From the human T2T-CHM13v2.0 reference genome, Homo sapiens: 64,000 bases of DNA. The notes under the pieces are model-generated. The model was not told where the DNA came from, did not search any database, and was given only the letters and a program-made list of their open reading frames with translations. Positions 31,789-47,696 of the stretch are shown here, in pieces (within the stretch, counting starts at the first letter, position 1; every line of letters begins with the position of its first letter). Both the position numbers and the translations under genes were made by a program. The stretch lies in the NCBI RefSeq assembly GCF_009914755.1, contig NC_060935.1; one strand, written 5' to 3'.

Positions 31789-32929
31789 GCAGGCAGCAAT
31801 GAGCAGGTGGCACTGAACTTAGATTCCACCATCACAGGTGGGTAGATCTTGGCTCACAAGCCTGTCATTGACTAGCTAAGTAGCCCTGATTGGAGGAGTC
31901 ATTTTATTTCCCTGAGCCTTTGTTTCTCATCTGCAACATGGAGATTTTACTCACCACCGTGGTGCAGACAAAGTAGGACAAAGTATCCTTTAACCCAGGG
32001 CTTGACACGTGACACTCATCAAACATTGCTGAGCTCTAATCTGCATCAGGATATGGTAAGTGTCTACTGGGTGCTGGGACAAAAGGTACAGATGGGAGCA
32101 AGGCAGAGATCCCTAAACAGACCTCTGTTGTGATCTTTGTTGTAATACATGGTAATTATTTGTTTCCAAAAAGAGGTGGAAGGAGACATAAATAGCTTCT
32201 ACCGCCAGGCATTCAGGCACCAGCTGTGAAGGCCTTCTGCACATTGAAAAACTCAGAGTAGCCTGGTGGCTGGAATGAAAAGTCAACACCAGTTCCCCCA
32301 GCAAAATATTTCTCCATTCAGCCTTTTCGGCTCATTGGTTTGCCTGAAATCAGTTGTTTCTCCCTGGGGAAGCAATCTTTAAAATGGTGAGGAGAGTGTG
32401 CATCTGATGTGCCTGCACTTGTGCCTGTGAAACAGGGTAGGCTCAGAGCTCCGTGCAGGCCCATGAAGTCCCCTCAGAGACACCAGTGTTGGGTTGTCAT
32501 AGGGTCCCAGAAAATGCCTGTCTGCTTCGTGAGATTTAGGCTGGGTGCACAGAGGTTTCACTTGGTGTGCCTGACTTATTTAGGGGCTGCCTGAAGTGCC
32601 ATGTGAGAAAGGAGGCTGAGGGCGTTGGGTTTGGAGGAAGAGAGCACTAGGGTGGATTAGCAGTATCTGCTGCAAGTGGAATTTGGAGGGGATAGAAATC
32701 GTGCGTTCAGCTTATTTGCCATCTCTGGGTTGGCCTCACTTTGGCAGTTGGTTCCTGCTGGCTGGGCTCTGCTCACACGCAGTGAGAGGTCTCTCAGAGG
32801 CTCTTTGTTCTGCTGCTGGGGATGCCTTGGGAATGATGCCCTGGGGTGCACTGCCACATCCCACACAAAAGGTCTCCTTAGCTGGAGAGCCTTACCAGGT
32901 GCATGGAGGGGAAGACGCGGTACCATAAA

Positions 32930-33535
32930 GATGAGGATTCCTCTCAAAGTAATATATGCATTGAATGAAATGCCTACTTCAGTAAGGAATTTCCCAAAGC
33001 TTTACAAGCTAATTCTAAAATTCACATGGAAGAGAGGCCAGAGAATAGCTTAAATTACTTTGAACAAGGAGGGGAGACTTAGCTGCCAGCTATTAAAATC
33101 CATTATTAAGGCACTGATGTTAAAGAATCACCACACAAATAGACAAACAGACATTGGAGCAGAAGACAGGGAACAGAAAGACGCTCATATGTATCTGGAT
33201 AACATTGACAGGAAAATCAAATTGTAATGTCACATACAGGAGTCTTCATGAAGGTAAGATGTTTAAAAACATTTTTAAAAGTATAAAACATTGTTTAGAA
33301 ATATACGCCTTTGTAGTAAATGTGTAAAAACACGCATTAGAATGATGAACACCAAATTCCAGAGAAAGGGAATGGATCCCTGTGGGGCACAGAGTGTGCA
33401 TTAACTATGTTTATGTCTTTAAAGGAAGAAAATATTTGAAGCAGATATGGCAAACGGAGAAGATTCATGAAAGCTGGATGGCCGGCGCATGAGCGTTTGC
33501 GGTGTCATACTTTGTTTCCTTATGTTTGAAATATT
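32930..33535 (+). mobile_element. Ancient L1M fragments
   Basis: IPLKVIYALNEMP...KLILKFTWKRGQRIA resembles L1 ORF2 [13 protein letters not shown]...[13 protein letters not shown]. Confidence 0.7.
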
Positions 33536-33540
33536 AGCAT

Positions 33541-33687
33541 GGCTGGGCATGGTGGCTCACGCCTGTGATCCTAGCATTTTGGGAGGCTGAAGCTGGGGGA
33601 ACACTTGAGGTCAGGAGTTCAAGACTAGCCTGGGCAACATAGTGAGACCTCATCTCCAAAAAAAAAAAAAAAAAGAAAGAAAGAAAA
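33541..33687 (+). mobile_element. FLAM_C-like monomer
   Basis: Left monomer with tail; TSD TGAAA(T/C)ATTAG. Confidence 0.88.
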
Positions 33688-33819
33688 TGAAACATTAGGG
33701 AAAAAAAATCCCCCATGTGCCTGGTCTGCCGGATTCCCCCAGTAGCCTGGTTATGGCTTGGGAGGGGAAAAGGAGGGGTGTTTTTGTCTATTTCTCACAT
33801 ATGACACTCAATGACTTCA

Positions 33820-34250
33820 CAATCATTAATTCATCACCCACTAAGGGTCATGCACTGAGGTACCAAGACTAATGAAGGTCCGGCCCTCCCCAGTGTAGGA
33901 GGCAGGTAAATGATCACACTGTGACAAATGCTCAAATGGGGATGTGCTTGCAAAGGCTAGAGACAGCACGGGAGGAAGGAGCAGTCCATTCTGCTGAGAG
34001 TGTGAGTACCGAGAAAGCATGGCACTGGGCTTGAAGGATGAGGAGTTCGCCAGACACAGAGGATGAGGAGAGCAGCACGTGAGTAAAGAAAACAGAGAAA
34101 GGAACTCTCTGTCATGTTGTGGGCTGGAGGGCAGCATTCACACTGGACAAGTGCTTCAGAAAGATCCTTCTGGCAGGTAGTGGGCAGAAAAATGAGTGAA
34201 GTCAGAGCGATCGACTAGGAATCCACTGAAAGTGGATTTAAATGAGAGGT
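33820..34250 (-). mobile_element. L2 fragment
   Basis: CTGGGCTTGAAGGATGAGGAGTT and AGAAAGATCCTTCTGGCAG L2-type blocks. Confidence 0.6.
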
Positions 34251-34269
34251 GATGAAAAACTCAGCTACA

Positions 34270-34757
<488 letters not shown>

Positions 34758-36287
34758 TCAGCTACAACAGAGTGACTGGTTATAATTTCCCTGCAAAACT
34801 GCTAATTCTCTGATGGAGGGACAAGCGCTGAATCAGGTTTTGTTTATCTCTGCAGAGTACCTACATTGTTCCCTCTTATGATAGGAGCTCAAACACATGT
34901 TGATGAAAGGGAGGGAGGAAGGAAGCAGGCAGGCCCGCAGGCCCATGCCCTTCTTTTACAGATAAGGAGACAGAGCTGGGACGGGTGGAGGAGTGTTCAA
35001 GGACATTCTTGGCTAGAAACTTACTATCTAAAATAGTAAAGAGACCTCTAACCATTCTGCTGACAAACTTATAAGCACAATAAGCTTTGAATAACAAACA
35101 CTCCGCAGGTAAAGTTCCATGACAACGATTCTTGTTATAAAGTTGTGGTCTTCATAGAGAAGTGCTTTCCTCTCTCAGGCAGGAAAAGAGTTCCTTTAAA
35201 ATAGATCGAAATGCTCTGTGATGAATAATACGAAGCAGTAAGGCCTTCACCTGGCCTGGGTCCAAATAACAGGTTCTATTCAGGTGGCTCTGAAAGCACC
35301 TGATTGTGTGCTGTCGCCACTGTGGGCAGGGCAAGTCCAGCAGAACTTTACAAGTCTTTTGTTCTGCCAGCAAGCAGTAATTGGTTCTCCACCCCAGTGT
35401 AGTAAACTTCCAGCCACCTGAATGAAATTCACCTAATTTAACAAACTGCACGAGAAGCAAAGCAACTCCCGGAGCATACACAGGTGTGAATATTGTGCAT
35501 CTGTCTTCTCTGTGATTCCTCTTGTCTTGAGGCTTCCACACCCCTCTGGTCCTTGGTTCGTCCTGTCCCCTCTTCTCCAGACCCATCTTCCCATCTACTG
35601 CAGACCTGGCTCTATTGGGTATTGAATCTGCTTCTCTCCACACCTCAGTTTCCCCCTTTCACCTAGCTCTTCCTTTTAGCTTCTAAACATGCTCAAGGCT
35701 TGCAGCCTAAAAATGAAAATACTACAAACTACTCTTTATTCTGCTTCTTCCCCCACTGTGTGCCCCTTCCAGTCATAAGCGATTCTGCAAGGAACCATCT
35801 ATACTCAGTCTCTACCATCTCATTTCTTGCTACATAGCAAACAACGTTCTAAGAATTTTACATATATTGACTTATGGAAGCCTGACAACATCACTGTGAT
35901 GTAAGTGCTATTGTTATTTACATTTTATGGATGAGGACAAGGAGGCACTGAACAGCAAAGTATTTGCCCTGGATCACCAGGATTTGGGCAAAGGTATGCT
36001 CTGAGACCTTTTTCCCCGCCTTATGCCCATTACAAGGTACCTTGAATGAAAAAATACACAAGAACATTGCATGGACCTGTCTCATTTATTGATTCATTCA
36101 TTTCTTCATTATTTAACACTTACTGGAGGCCTACCATGTGCAAGACAAGAGAAAGACATGAGTCTGCTGTTGACATGGTCAGAGTCCAAAATGGGAGGCA
36201 GGCCTGCAATATAGCATAAGAAGAGCTCTGGTAAATAGGTGACAGGGGGCTAGGGAAGCCCAAAGGAAGCAGCTCACTTTGCTCATA

Positions 36288-36450
36288 GCGGTGGTTCCCG
36301 AATTTCACCATGCATTGGAATCACCTGAGATCTTTCAAAACTACCAATTCCTGCCTCCCACCCCAAGATATTATGACTTAATTGACATGGCGGTTGGATT
36401 TAAAAGCTCTCCAGGTGATTCTAATGTTCAGCAACATTTGGGAAACACTG
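36288..36450. mobile_element. MER5A (hAT-Charlie MITE)
   Basis: GGTGGTTCCC...GAATCACCTG...CCAGGTGATTCTAATG...GGGAAACACTG internal and terminal inverted repeats. Confidence 0.8.
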
Positions 36451-36540
36451 GCTTCAAGGGTAATGAGTAGGGAGTTTGGTTTGTAACAACACAAAGCCTA
36501 GCTTAAACTATCTTAAGAATAGAAAATGAAGTGGGTAAGG

Positions 36541-37005
36541 TGTTGTGCCAAACCCCTATCAACTCCCAGAGAGATGGCACCAGCCTCAAGGGGCTGAAGA
36601 AGAGACCCAGAGCCAGCAAACGAGACATAGGGTTTTACTGGGGCTCACAAACAGGGGAGAGAGTCCAGTGGTGGCGGACTGGGCAGAAGAACCACACTGC
36701 TGCGAAACCATGCAGTTTACATAGCATTTTCACTTAACACCCTCCCCCTAACAACCTCCACTTGACAAACTGCATTTAACCCCTCAAAAGGGCCTGGATC
36801 CCATGTATGGAATTGTGGCTGGGCTGGGGGCACTCAGATGTTCCTCATAGATAAGGAATGAGTCTCCGGGTTGGCCACTCTGGGATTCCTTAGCTCAGAA
36901 CTCTAAACACACATTCAGGTGCGTCTGTTACACAGGGTCATTCTCAGGGTATGCTTAAGTTATCACTGCCAGTTGCGTCTACCATGCACCGATGCATCTA
37001 CCATA
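36541..37005 (-). mobile_element. ERV solo LTR (LTR47-like) nested in an older MLT1 fragment
   Basis: TGTTGTGCCAAACCCC terminus; GAAGAAGAGACCCAGAGCCAGCAAACGAGACAT; CAGGGTCATTCTCAGGGTATGCTTAAG; AAGG on both flanks. Confidence 0.7.
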
Positions 37006-37523
37006 AAGGAGGGGAGTTGTGTATTGGCTTACATTAGATTTTTAAAAGATGGTCAAAGGCTATATGGTTCCTGAAAGGGTTTGATCCAGGTCTCAAAAGA
37101 TGTCATCAGGATAGTGTTTTCCTTTTTTCCCAGTGATGGTTGCATTCTAAGTCTCCCATTGGTTGCAAGATGCAGCAGTTCCAATCTCTGTTCCTGCTTC
37201 CCTCACATCCAGTGCAAAGAAGAGGTCTGAGGTTCTTATATCTCAAAAACCTAGCATTGCATTTCATTGGCTCTGGTTTGGGCCTGAGCCAATGACTGGG
37301 GCCACAGAGGTGGAGACTGCTGATGGCTTAATCTAGTCATGTGTCCCACCTCTGGGGCCAGAAATTGGAGGCAGTCTCATCTAGAAGGCCGTGGTAGAGA
37401 ATGGAGGATTTGTAACAGATCCTGCAGGGAGATGAGGGTGAGGAGGTAGTCAGGGCTAGACAGAGGAGAGTTGCTGTATTTTGTAGGAGGTAGAGGTATT
37501 TAAGTAGGAGAATGATAACATGA

Positions 37524-37869
<346 letters not shown>

Positions 37870-37893
37870 ATGAATTTTTAAAAAAGGTGTATA

Positions 37894-38264
37894 GGCTGCG
37901 TACAGTGGCTCACACCTGTAATCCCAGTGCTTTGCATGCCAAGGCAAGAGGATAGGAGACAGGTAAATGACCATACTGTGACAAATGCTAAAATGGAGGT
38001 TTGCTTGAAAAGGCTAGGGAGAGCAAAGTAGGAAGGAGCAATCTGAGTGTGACTTGAGCCCAGGAGTTCGAGACCCTATGTATTAAAAAAAAAAAAAAAG
38101 AGAGAGAGAGAGAAATTAGCTGGATGTGGTGGTTCATGCCTGTAGTCCTAGCTACTCAGGAGGCTAAGGTGGGACGATCACTTGAGCCCCAGGAGTTTGA
38201 AGCTGCATTGAGCTATGATTGCACCACGCACTCCAGCCTGGGTGACAGAATGCGACTCAGTCTC
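37894..38264 (+). mobile_element. AluJ carrying a ~97-bp non-Alu insert
   Basis: Alu breaks after GGCAAGAGGAT (37953) and resumes GACTTGAGCCCAGGAGTTCGAGACC (38051). Confidence 0.9.
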
Positions 38265-38269
38265 TTTTA

Positions 38270-39330
38270 AAAAGGTAATTGTAGTTGTTCAGAGGAGAGA
38301 TATTGGGAACCTAAACTAAGACAGCAACAATAGGGATGAATAGTGGGGAGGGGATTCAAGAGATGTGTCTGAACTATAATTTAAAGGATTTGTTAACCAA
38401 CTGGAAAAGAAGATTTAGACAAAGAGAGAAACCACAGAACCACAGAAGAACCACTAAGAATTCCAGTTCGGGAAATGGGGTGGATGGTGATACCATCAGT
38501 GAGATTTGGAATATAGATCATTAAGAGGGTTTTGGACAATGCACTTTGGACATGCTGACTTTGAGATGTGTTGAAGGCATCCAGGGAGCAACATCCAAGG
38601 GCAGATGAACATGAATTTGGAATTTGGGAGACAGCTGGAATTCCAGTGCCCATATGATAGCTGAGACAGGGGTGAGGAATGTGGTCACTCAAGGAGAGAC
38701 ATCGAGGGAGAAGAGCAGGAAGAGAAGCTCTTATGGCATGGAAAATTGAGGTGGAGCAGTGGTGTTTGGGAAACAAAGGAAGATGGCTGGGCGCAGTGGC
38801 TCACACCTGTAATCCCAATACTTGGGAATGAAAAGGCAGGAGGATCACTTGAGCTCTGGAGTTCAAGACCAGCCTGGGCAACATGGCAAAACCACATCTC
38901 TACAAATCAAGAAAAAAATAGGTGTGGTGGTGCATGCCTGTAGCCCCAGCTACCTGGGAGGCTGAGGTAGGAGCATCTCCTGAGTTGGGGAGGCAGAGGT
39001 TGCCTCAGTGAGCTGAGATTGTGCCACTCCAGCCTGGGTGACAGAGTGAGACCTTGTCTCAAAAAAAAAAAAAAAAAAGAAAAAGAAAAAGGAAGAGAGA
39101 GTTTCAAAGAGGGGTGGTCAACTGTGTCCTGTGATGCAAAGAAATTAAGGAAGTTAAAAGCCAAAAGTATTTTTGGCTCTATAACAGGGATTTGACCACT
39201 AGGAGGGCTCTGGCATCCTAACAAGAGCCAGCTTATAGGGTTTAGGGTGAGTGAAACTGGAGGATGCAGAGAGAAAAAGCATGGATGGATCACTCTTAAA
39301 GAAGTTTGATGGTAAGAGACAGGGCCAGTG
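38270..39330 (-). mobile_element. L2 fragments interrupted by an Alu
   Basis: TTTGGACATGCTGACTTTGAGATG and GGAATTTGGGAGACAG L2 blocks. Confidence 0.65.
38784..39090 (+). mobile_element. AluJ
   Basis: Full dimer with poly(A). Confidence 0.92.
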
Positions 39331-39479
39331 GCTCAAGTAGATATGCCACATCTTTTTTCATTCTTTTTGTGATTTGTTTCCTTTTTAAAGTTCAGTTTGA
39401 TGAGAGAAGTTTGACTACAATTAATGCTGCAGGAAAAACTAAAGGAGAGAGAAAGTCTGAAGATAAAAGATAGTGATTT

Positions 39480-40027
<548 letters not shown>

Positions 40028-41329
40028 TGAGAATCAGAGAGACTCACTTATCCAAGGTCATACAGCTAGATTTGAGATTCCACCCCAAGCTGGTTTAACT
40101 ACAACGCCCAAACCCTTAACCCTCTCATCTGGCCTCTATAGCTGCAAGATTTCATAAGTACATATGTTGATAATGTGAATTGATCCATATTCTCCAAGGT
40201 GTAATGGCCCCAATCCCTGGATAATGAGAATGTCTTTTTTTATTTTTACATTATTCCTTTTGATTGACCTTTTTGATTGGGCACAGCTTTGATTATACAA
40301 AAGATAAAGCCTATTTTTAATACAAGGAGGAAAAGATGTTAGAGGTAGGGCGCTTCTCTGAAGGAGATGTCATAGGCATGTAAGCAACCACTAGCGAGGA
40401 TGCGAAACTTCACGGGGACGTGGGTGAGTCTGTTTGCAGAATGTGAAAGGAGCATGAACTGGGGCAATAAGGAAGACTTCCCAAGGTGGTGACCTGTAGT
40501 ACAGTCTTCTCACTGGGTGGAAAGGAACAGGGAGAGCCTTTTACAAGGGTAGCACTAAGCCTGAAGCCGAGATCAGGAGGGATGGGGGAGGAACGGACAG
40601 ACAGGCTGGATCCATAGGGTGATGTTTCATGCCATCTCTTTCCTGGTCCTCCCTCTGCCCCTCTTCCAGTTCCCATTCCCCCTCCTCTGCGCACAGTGAG
40701 CCATGCAACATAAATATGCTTTGCTCTCTGCTGTCAACAGAGCAGCTATATAGCCTTGTTCTAAGATGCTTCCCTTGGTCCTTAGGGAAATAGAAAACCT
40801 CGAGGGCTGGCCGCTCAGGCATTCTTAGAAGGCGGCTGTGGCTCGTGCCTTCCCACTTTGTTCTGGGATCCTGTGACTCTTGGGCACAGACCCAGCACAG
40901 CCTTCACTCAATGGCTTCTTTGATTTTCTCCCAGTTGGACTGTCAGAGATTGTTGGCCAGCGGGAAGAATGCTGAGTGGTAAACTGTGCAGAGAAACAAC
41001 TATTGCATTTCTGCCAGAAGTCAAATTTCTTTTCAGCCTTGCCCTTATACAGAAGGACCAGAACCCTGCACTTGAGATATTGCCTAAACCAGGTTGCCCA
41101 ATCTGCCACTTACCTGATGACCAGCAAGTCTACAATTCATTTCATCTGTGTTTTAATATCTTTTATGGGGGGGGATGGCCTCCTTTTTTTTGTTTTTGCC
41201 ACTTCTTTGGCAATGTCTTTGGATATATCTAAAAGTTTTTCCTATTTCTAATAAGTATATATCACATTTGCAGTAGTTTTACTGCTAATGAGATATGTGC
41301 TTGTGATAAGTTTCAGAGTGACTAAGTGA

Positions 41330-41530
41330 CAAGAGCTGAGGCTCAGGAGATGGACAGATCAGGGTTTGAATGCTAGTTCTGCCTGTTACTATGACTTAAC
41401 CACCCTGGTCTTTGGTTTCCCCAAGTGTAGAATGGGGTTAAAAATCTCAGCCTGCTATATGGATGTTGTGAAGATAAATAAGGTAATATATGGGCCCATT
41501 GTAGGTGCCTGAAAAACGGCAGTTTCTATT
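41330..41530 (+). mobile_element. MIR
   Basis: GGGTTTGAATGCTAGTTCTGCC...GTTGTGAAGATAAA. Confidence 0.65.
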
Positions 41531-41537
41531 TACCTAT

Positions 41538-42452
<915 letters not shown>

Positions 42453-43270
42453 CTTATAAATAGGAGGGAAGGCAACTAACATTAATTGAGAGCCTTTACA
42501 TATGCCATCTTATTTGATCTATGCTCTGATCTTACAAACACAGGGTTATTATCTCCACCTACTGGCTTGCTCCAATTCACACCATTAGGGAGCACACATG
42601 TTGGAATCCAGGTTGTTGGAGGTTGAACTCTTTTCAAGGGAATTTGACCAGTGAAGCTGGTTTGGGCTTTTCTATTTGGGAACTTGGTTCCATCACAGTA
42701 ATGCTTGGAATGCCCCTGTGGACCTCGTTCACCTGAAAAGGAGGAGAACATCCCTTCTGAACCAATCAGAGCTAGTGCTGCCCTAGGTTGTCTCTTGGCA
42801 TCTAAGCTGTTCCTAGGAGAAAGCTTTTAAGAGAAAAGTAGGTAGGAATTTAATTTTCATTTAAAAGTATTAATCCACTACAAAATGTACTGCACTTAGA
42901 GAGCAGCTTAATGTGAGGGCTGATGTGTGAAAGTAGGGGTGGGGAGGGGATAATAGGGGAGGAGGTCAGGATGATGTAACTTTCCCAGAGGTAAAAAGTA
43001 TAAATTCCTCCGAAATTTCATATGGGCCCAGGTCTATAACTAGGGCTCAGGCTCATTAGCGAAATAGTTGCTGGGTGGTACAAGCACTTGTCTAGTCTAT
43101 TTTTTGTTTGTTTTTAAATAGTTTCCTTTTATTCTTTCAACAAACATTTCCTGACACCTCCCACCTGCTGGGTGCTGTTTAAGCAATGTGCATTGAGGTT
43201 ACAATGTTGCATACCACACGGAGGAGCCTCCTGAAGAGTTTTAAAGCCAAGGGCGCAGATGAGTTGCTCC

Positions 43271-43725
43271 TGTCTTCACGTGGGTTCCTGCAAAAGCCGA
43301 CCCTGGGATAAGAGTCTGAATGTCAGCAGTTTATTGGGAAGTAACCCCAGGAAGCACCAGTAAGGGACCGGGGAAGTGTGATGGAGAAGTGGCAGGAGGA
43401 AGCCAATACAGGTTACTGCTGTGAGACCTGGAGCCCAGTCCTGCTGGGGCTCTCTGAGACAGAGCTAGAGATAGAGAACTCACCTTCAAGATGTCTTACC
43501 CGGAGGGGTGAGAAATTGGGGGTATATATCCACAAACCCTTGCCCACACTGTGTTGAAGGTTGCTCCCTGTGGTGTTAAATCACCTGTATTTCTGGTCTG
43601 CCCTGTGCATTGGCTGAGCTTACTGCTGAGGCTAGGGGAGAACCCTCAGGCAGAGTCCGAGATATTTGCATTAGAAAGCCAGTGGCATATATGGAAATCA
43701 ACTGCCTGTGCTAGATCTACCTGAC
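43271..43725 (-). mobile_element. ERVL LTR (LTR33-like)
   Basis: GGGTTCC..AAGCCGACCCTG..GTTTATTGGGAAGTAACCCCAGGAAGCACCAGTA. Confidence 0.65.
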
Positions 43726-43734
43726 ATATGTATA

Positions 43735-44205
43735 CATGTCCTTCCTCCCTTCCTAACTGCTCTCAGTGTTCACTCAGGTGTTCCCCCTCTCCCATGCAGC
43801 CCAGGTGTCTCAGGGAAGCTGAGTCCACCCCAGCTCTAGGAGGGGGCCTTGACTGGCATGGACAATCAGCACATTCCATTCCTCTGGCTATGGCACCAGT
43901 TCAACTGGGCATGTGACCCACTCCAATCCGATGAAGCTCAGGACCATGCTTGGAATGCTGGGCCAGAAATATTCTTTTGGATAAGGAAGCGTGTGGCAAT
44001 GAGAGCAATGACACTTGCTACCATGAGGAAAACCAGTCTGAAGAGAAGCTGACAGAGAGGAGGGCAGAGCTGAGACAACTGCAGAGTAAGGTGGCTGGAG
44101 CTTTCACCCCTGCAGTCTTCAGTTATAGGAGTTTCTTTCTCTCTTTCTCTTCTTGTGGTCAGGTTTCCTCCATTGCACCTGGCACACAATTCTTGGTAGC
44201 CCTAA
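43735..44205 (+). mobile_element. ERVL LTR (LTR16-like)
   Basis: GCTGAGTCCACCCCAGCTCTAGG...CAATCAGCACATTCCATTCC...GGGCATGTGACCCA. Confidence 0.6.
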
Positions 44206-44789
44206 GTTTCATGGAAAGAGAGCCTCTCTCACTGTGTATCTACACACTGGTCTTAACGAATTCTGCTTGGACCAGGCGCTTGGCTGTTGGACTGTTCACC
44301 ATGGGGGCTTGATGTTTCACCAGGCCTGGGAACTGTGTCCAGTTCTGTAGCCAGGAGGGCAGGGATGTTACCAAAACAAGGAGGAATGGAGGAGCTGGCC
44401 AGTTCATTCCCTCCTCCACATACAACAACTAGCTTCCACAGTCCCCTGTGTGGTTCTTGCCACCTCTCTAGCTTCATCTTGGATTACTTTCATGTTCTAT
44501 TCCCTGCTGCATCCCCTCCACTAAGAATAATGCATGGAAGATGGCAGGCACTCAGTCAGCATCTGCTCAATGAATGAAGGAAGGAATCTCTTGCAGTTCC
44601 TGGCTCTGCCCCTCATCCCTGATTCCGTGTTTCAGTTGCTGCCTGTCCTGAGCGCTCACCATACTCCTTCCCATCTGCCTGCCACTCATCTCTCAAGGCT
44701 CAGTGGAAGGGATGCCACCTCTGTGAAGTCTTCCCACTCCCCTCAGCCTCCTCGCTGTCCCCCAGCACCCCAGATAGATCTGGGGAGGC

Positions 44790-45270
44790 AGTATTGGGAA
44801 TTGTAAAGAGCACGGGCTTGGAAGTCCACCAATTCGATTCATTTTGCCAGATGCTGGCCCCTAGGAGACTCTGGGCCAGTGGTTTCACTTCTCCAAAATC
44901 CCATTTTCTCATCTCTAAGGAGTGGATGAAAATAGTACCTGCCTTTATAACATACACACAAGTCTGAGGCTGGGGACTAGGCAAGTCCCTGACCAGGAGT
45001 TGCTTACAGAATTGATGCCTCCTACAGACTCTAGTTCTCCATACCCTTAGTGGTATCATCACCAAGTATATTTACTCACAAACCCTTACATATGATTTAT
45101 TATGTGCCTGGCGCTGTTCTAGCATGCATCTCCCCATTACTATTCCCCTACTACCTGCTGCACAAGGAGGTTAAGTCCCTTGCTCAAGGTCACACAGTTA
45201 ATAAGTGGCAGAACTGGGATTCAAACCCAGTCATCTTGACTTCAGAGTCTGTCCTATTAATAGCTTGGCT
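44790..45270. mobile_element. Two MIR fragments (+ at 44790-44950, - at 45060-45270)
   Basis: AAGAGCACGGGCTTGGAAGTC head; CTCAAGGTCACACAG...GGGATTCAAACCCAG. Confidence 0.65.
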
Positions 45271-46872
45271 ATGACACCTCCAGCCTAACTGCACTGTACA
45301 TATTTCTGGGGTGGACACATGATGGGTGGATAGACAGATGAACTTGATTGAGTTCCCTCCTTGGACTAGAACAGAGAAGAATATTCCTGTCCTTGCCTCT
45401 AGCCAGCTGTTCTGGGAAGGGTTTGGAAGTACAAGTTGAAAGCTGTCTCCCAAGATCCATCAGTTACAGCAGTTCTGGAATGGGCTTTGGGTTTATGTGG
45501 ACAGGAATCTGCCCAGGCTGCAGGTGTGGCCCAGCCTGCCATGAGGGTGCTCTGGGTTTTGTGGCATCAGTTGATCTCTAGAGGTCAGAATTATGTTATG
45601 CCCCTGGAATTCACAATTGTCTGTGAATCCCCAGTCTATCTGGGGCTAAGGCTAGACTACTTACATGACCCTATGTTTCTTCCCCTCTCTTCTGCACACC
45701 CACTCCATCGCTGTTTGCTCTGGTTGCTACATCTGGCTGGGATGTCACCTCCTGCCTGCAGCCACAGCTCTTTGCTCTCCAGCACTGACTTTCTCACCAT
45801 TGCTGGCAACGTGCACACATTCACCAAAGTGCTGGGGTGCCTCCGAGGGCATTACTGACTTCAGCAGGTCCCAGACAGGTGCCATTTTTCTCTAAACCAC
45901 CTCTGGAAAAGCCACTTAAAGCGAGGTAGGCCTGATGAGTTTTTAGTGACCTTGAAAACTTTTAGATGTTTTATCCGTGAACAAGCGGTTTGTTCTGAGG
46001 ACTATAAAGATGATGAAGAGCTTGAACAAGGCCCCAGGGATCTTGCTTCTCACATACTGCTGAGTCTGTCTGTGGGAGATACAAATGTTTCCACTTCCTG
46101 GCTTAGAAAGTCCTCCAAGGACAGCTCCCAAGGTGCCCGGGGCCAATCAGCCCTTTCTCATCATTTAACCAGGTCACTGGACTCTGTCTAGATACCAGCC
46201 TTCCTCTTCCTTCCGAAAGACCAAAGCACTTTGATAGCAGCTTGGGGAGGAAGCCAGTGAGAACCACACTCACTGTTTTGCCCTTCTCTGGAATCTATGG
46301 CCTTCAGGAAGAGATCCAGAGCCCGGTGCAACTGTCTTCTCTGCCATTCAAATATCTTGAGGGGCACCCTGGCTTCATTACAGAAAATCTCCATCAGGAG
46401 TCCACTTAGTTCAACTCTGACCTCTCTTCAAGCATATTGCTAGGCTGGAAATAAAAGGAAGCCAGAACTGCCACCCCCACAGTCCTCTGAACACAATCAG
46501 GTGGATAAACGATGATGCCCGCGAGCACCAGCTGGGTTCTTTCAGGGGGAGGCATGCATAGTGCTGTGGAGGCCATTGCTTCCGTCTGAGATGAAGCTAT
46601 ATTTAGGGATGAATCTGGGCCTTCCTTCTCTTCCTCCCTCTCGTGCTAAGTGGCCATCTGCATCTCCCAGACAACCTCCACAAGCAGCATCCTGGAAAAG
46701 TGGCCTGGGGAAGAGGTGGCTATTAAATATAGACTATTGAGCCTGCTTCATAAAGATATTGAGTTAGTTTGCCTGTCATGCTAAGAGTGAGAAAGGGACA
46801 TTGCATGCCTGGAACACACTTATTCACTCACTCTGTGACCATCAGAAGCATCCTTCTATCTCTGGGCCTCCA

Positions 46873-47696
<824 letters not shown>

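Noticed and set aside
35152-35643. 163-aa minus-strand ORF in unique sequence
   Set aside because: Non-ATG start, no recognisable domain, no supporting exon structure
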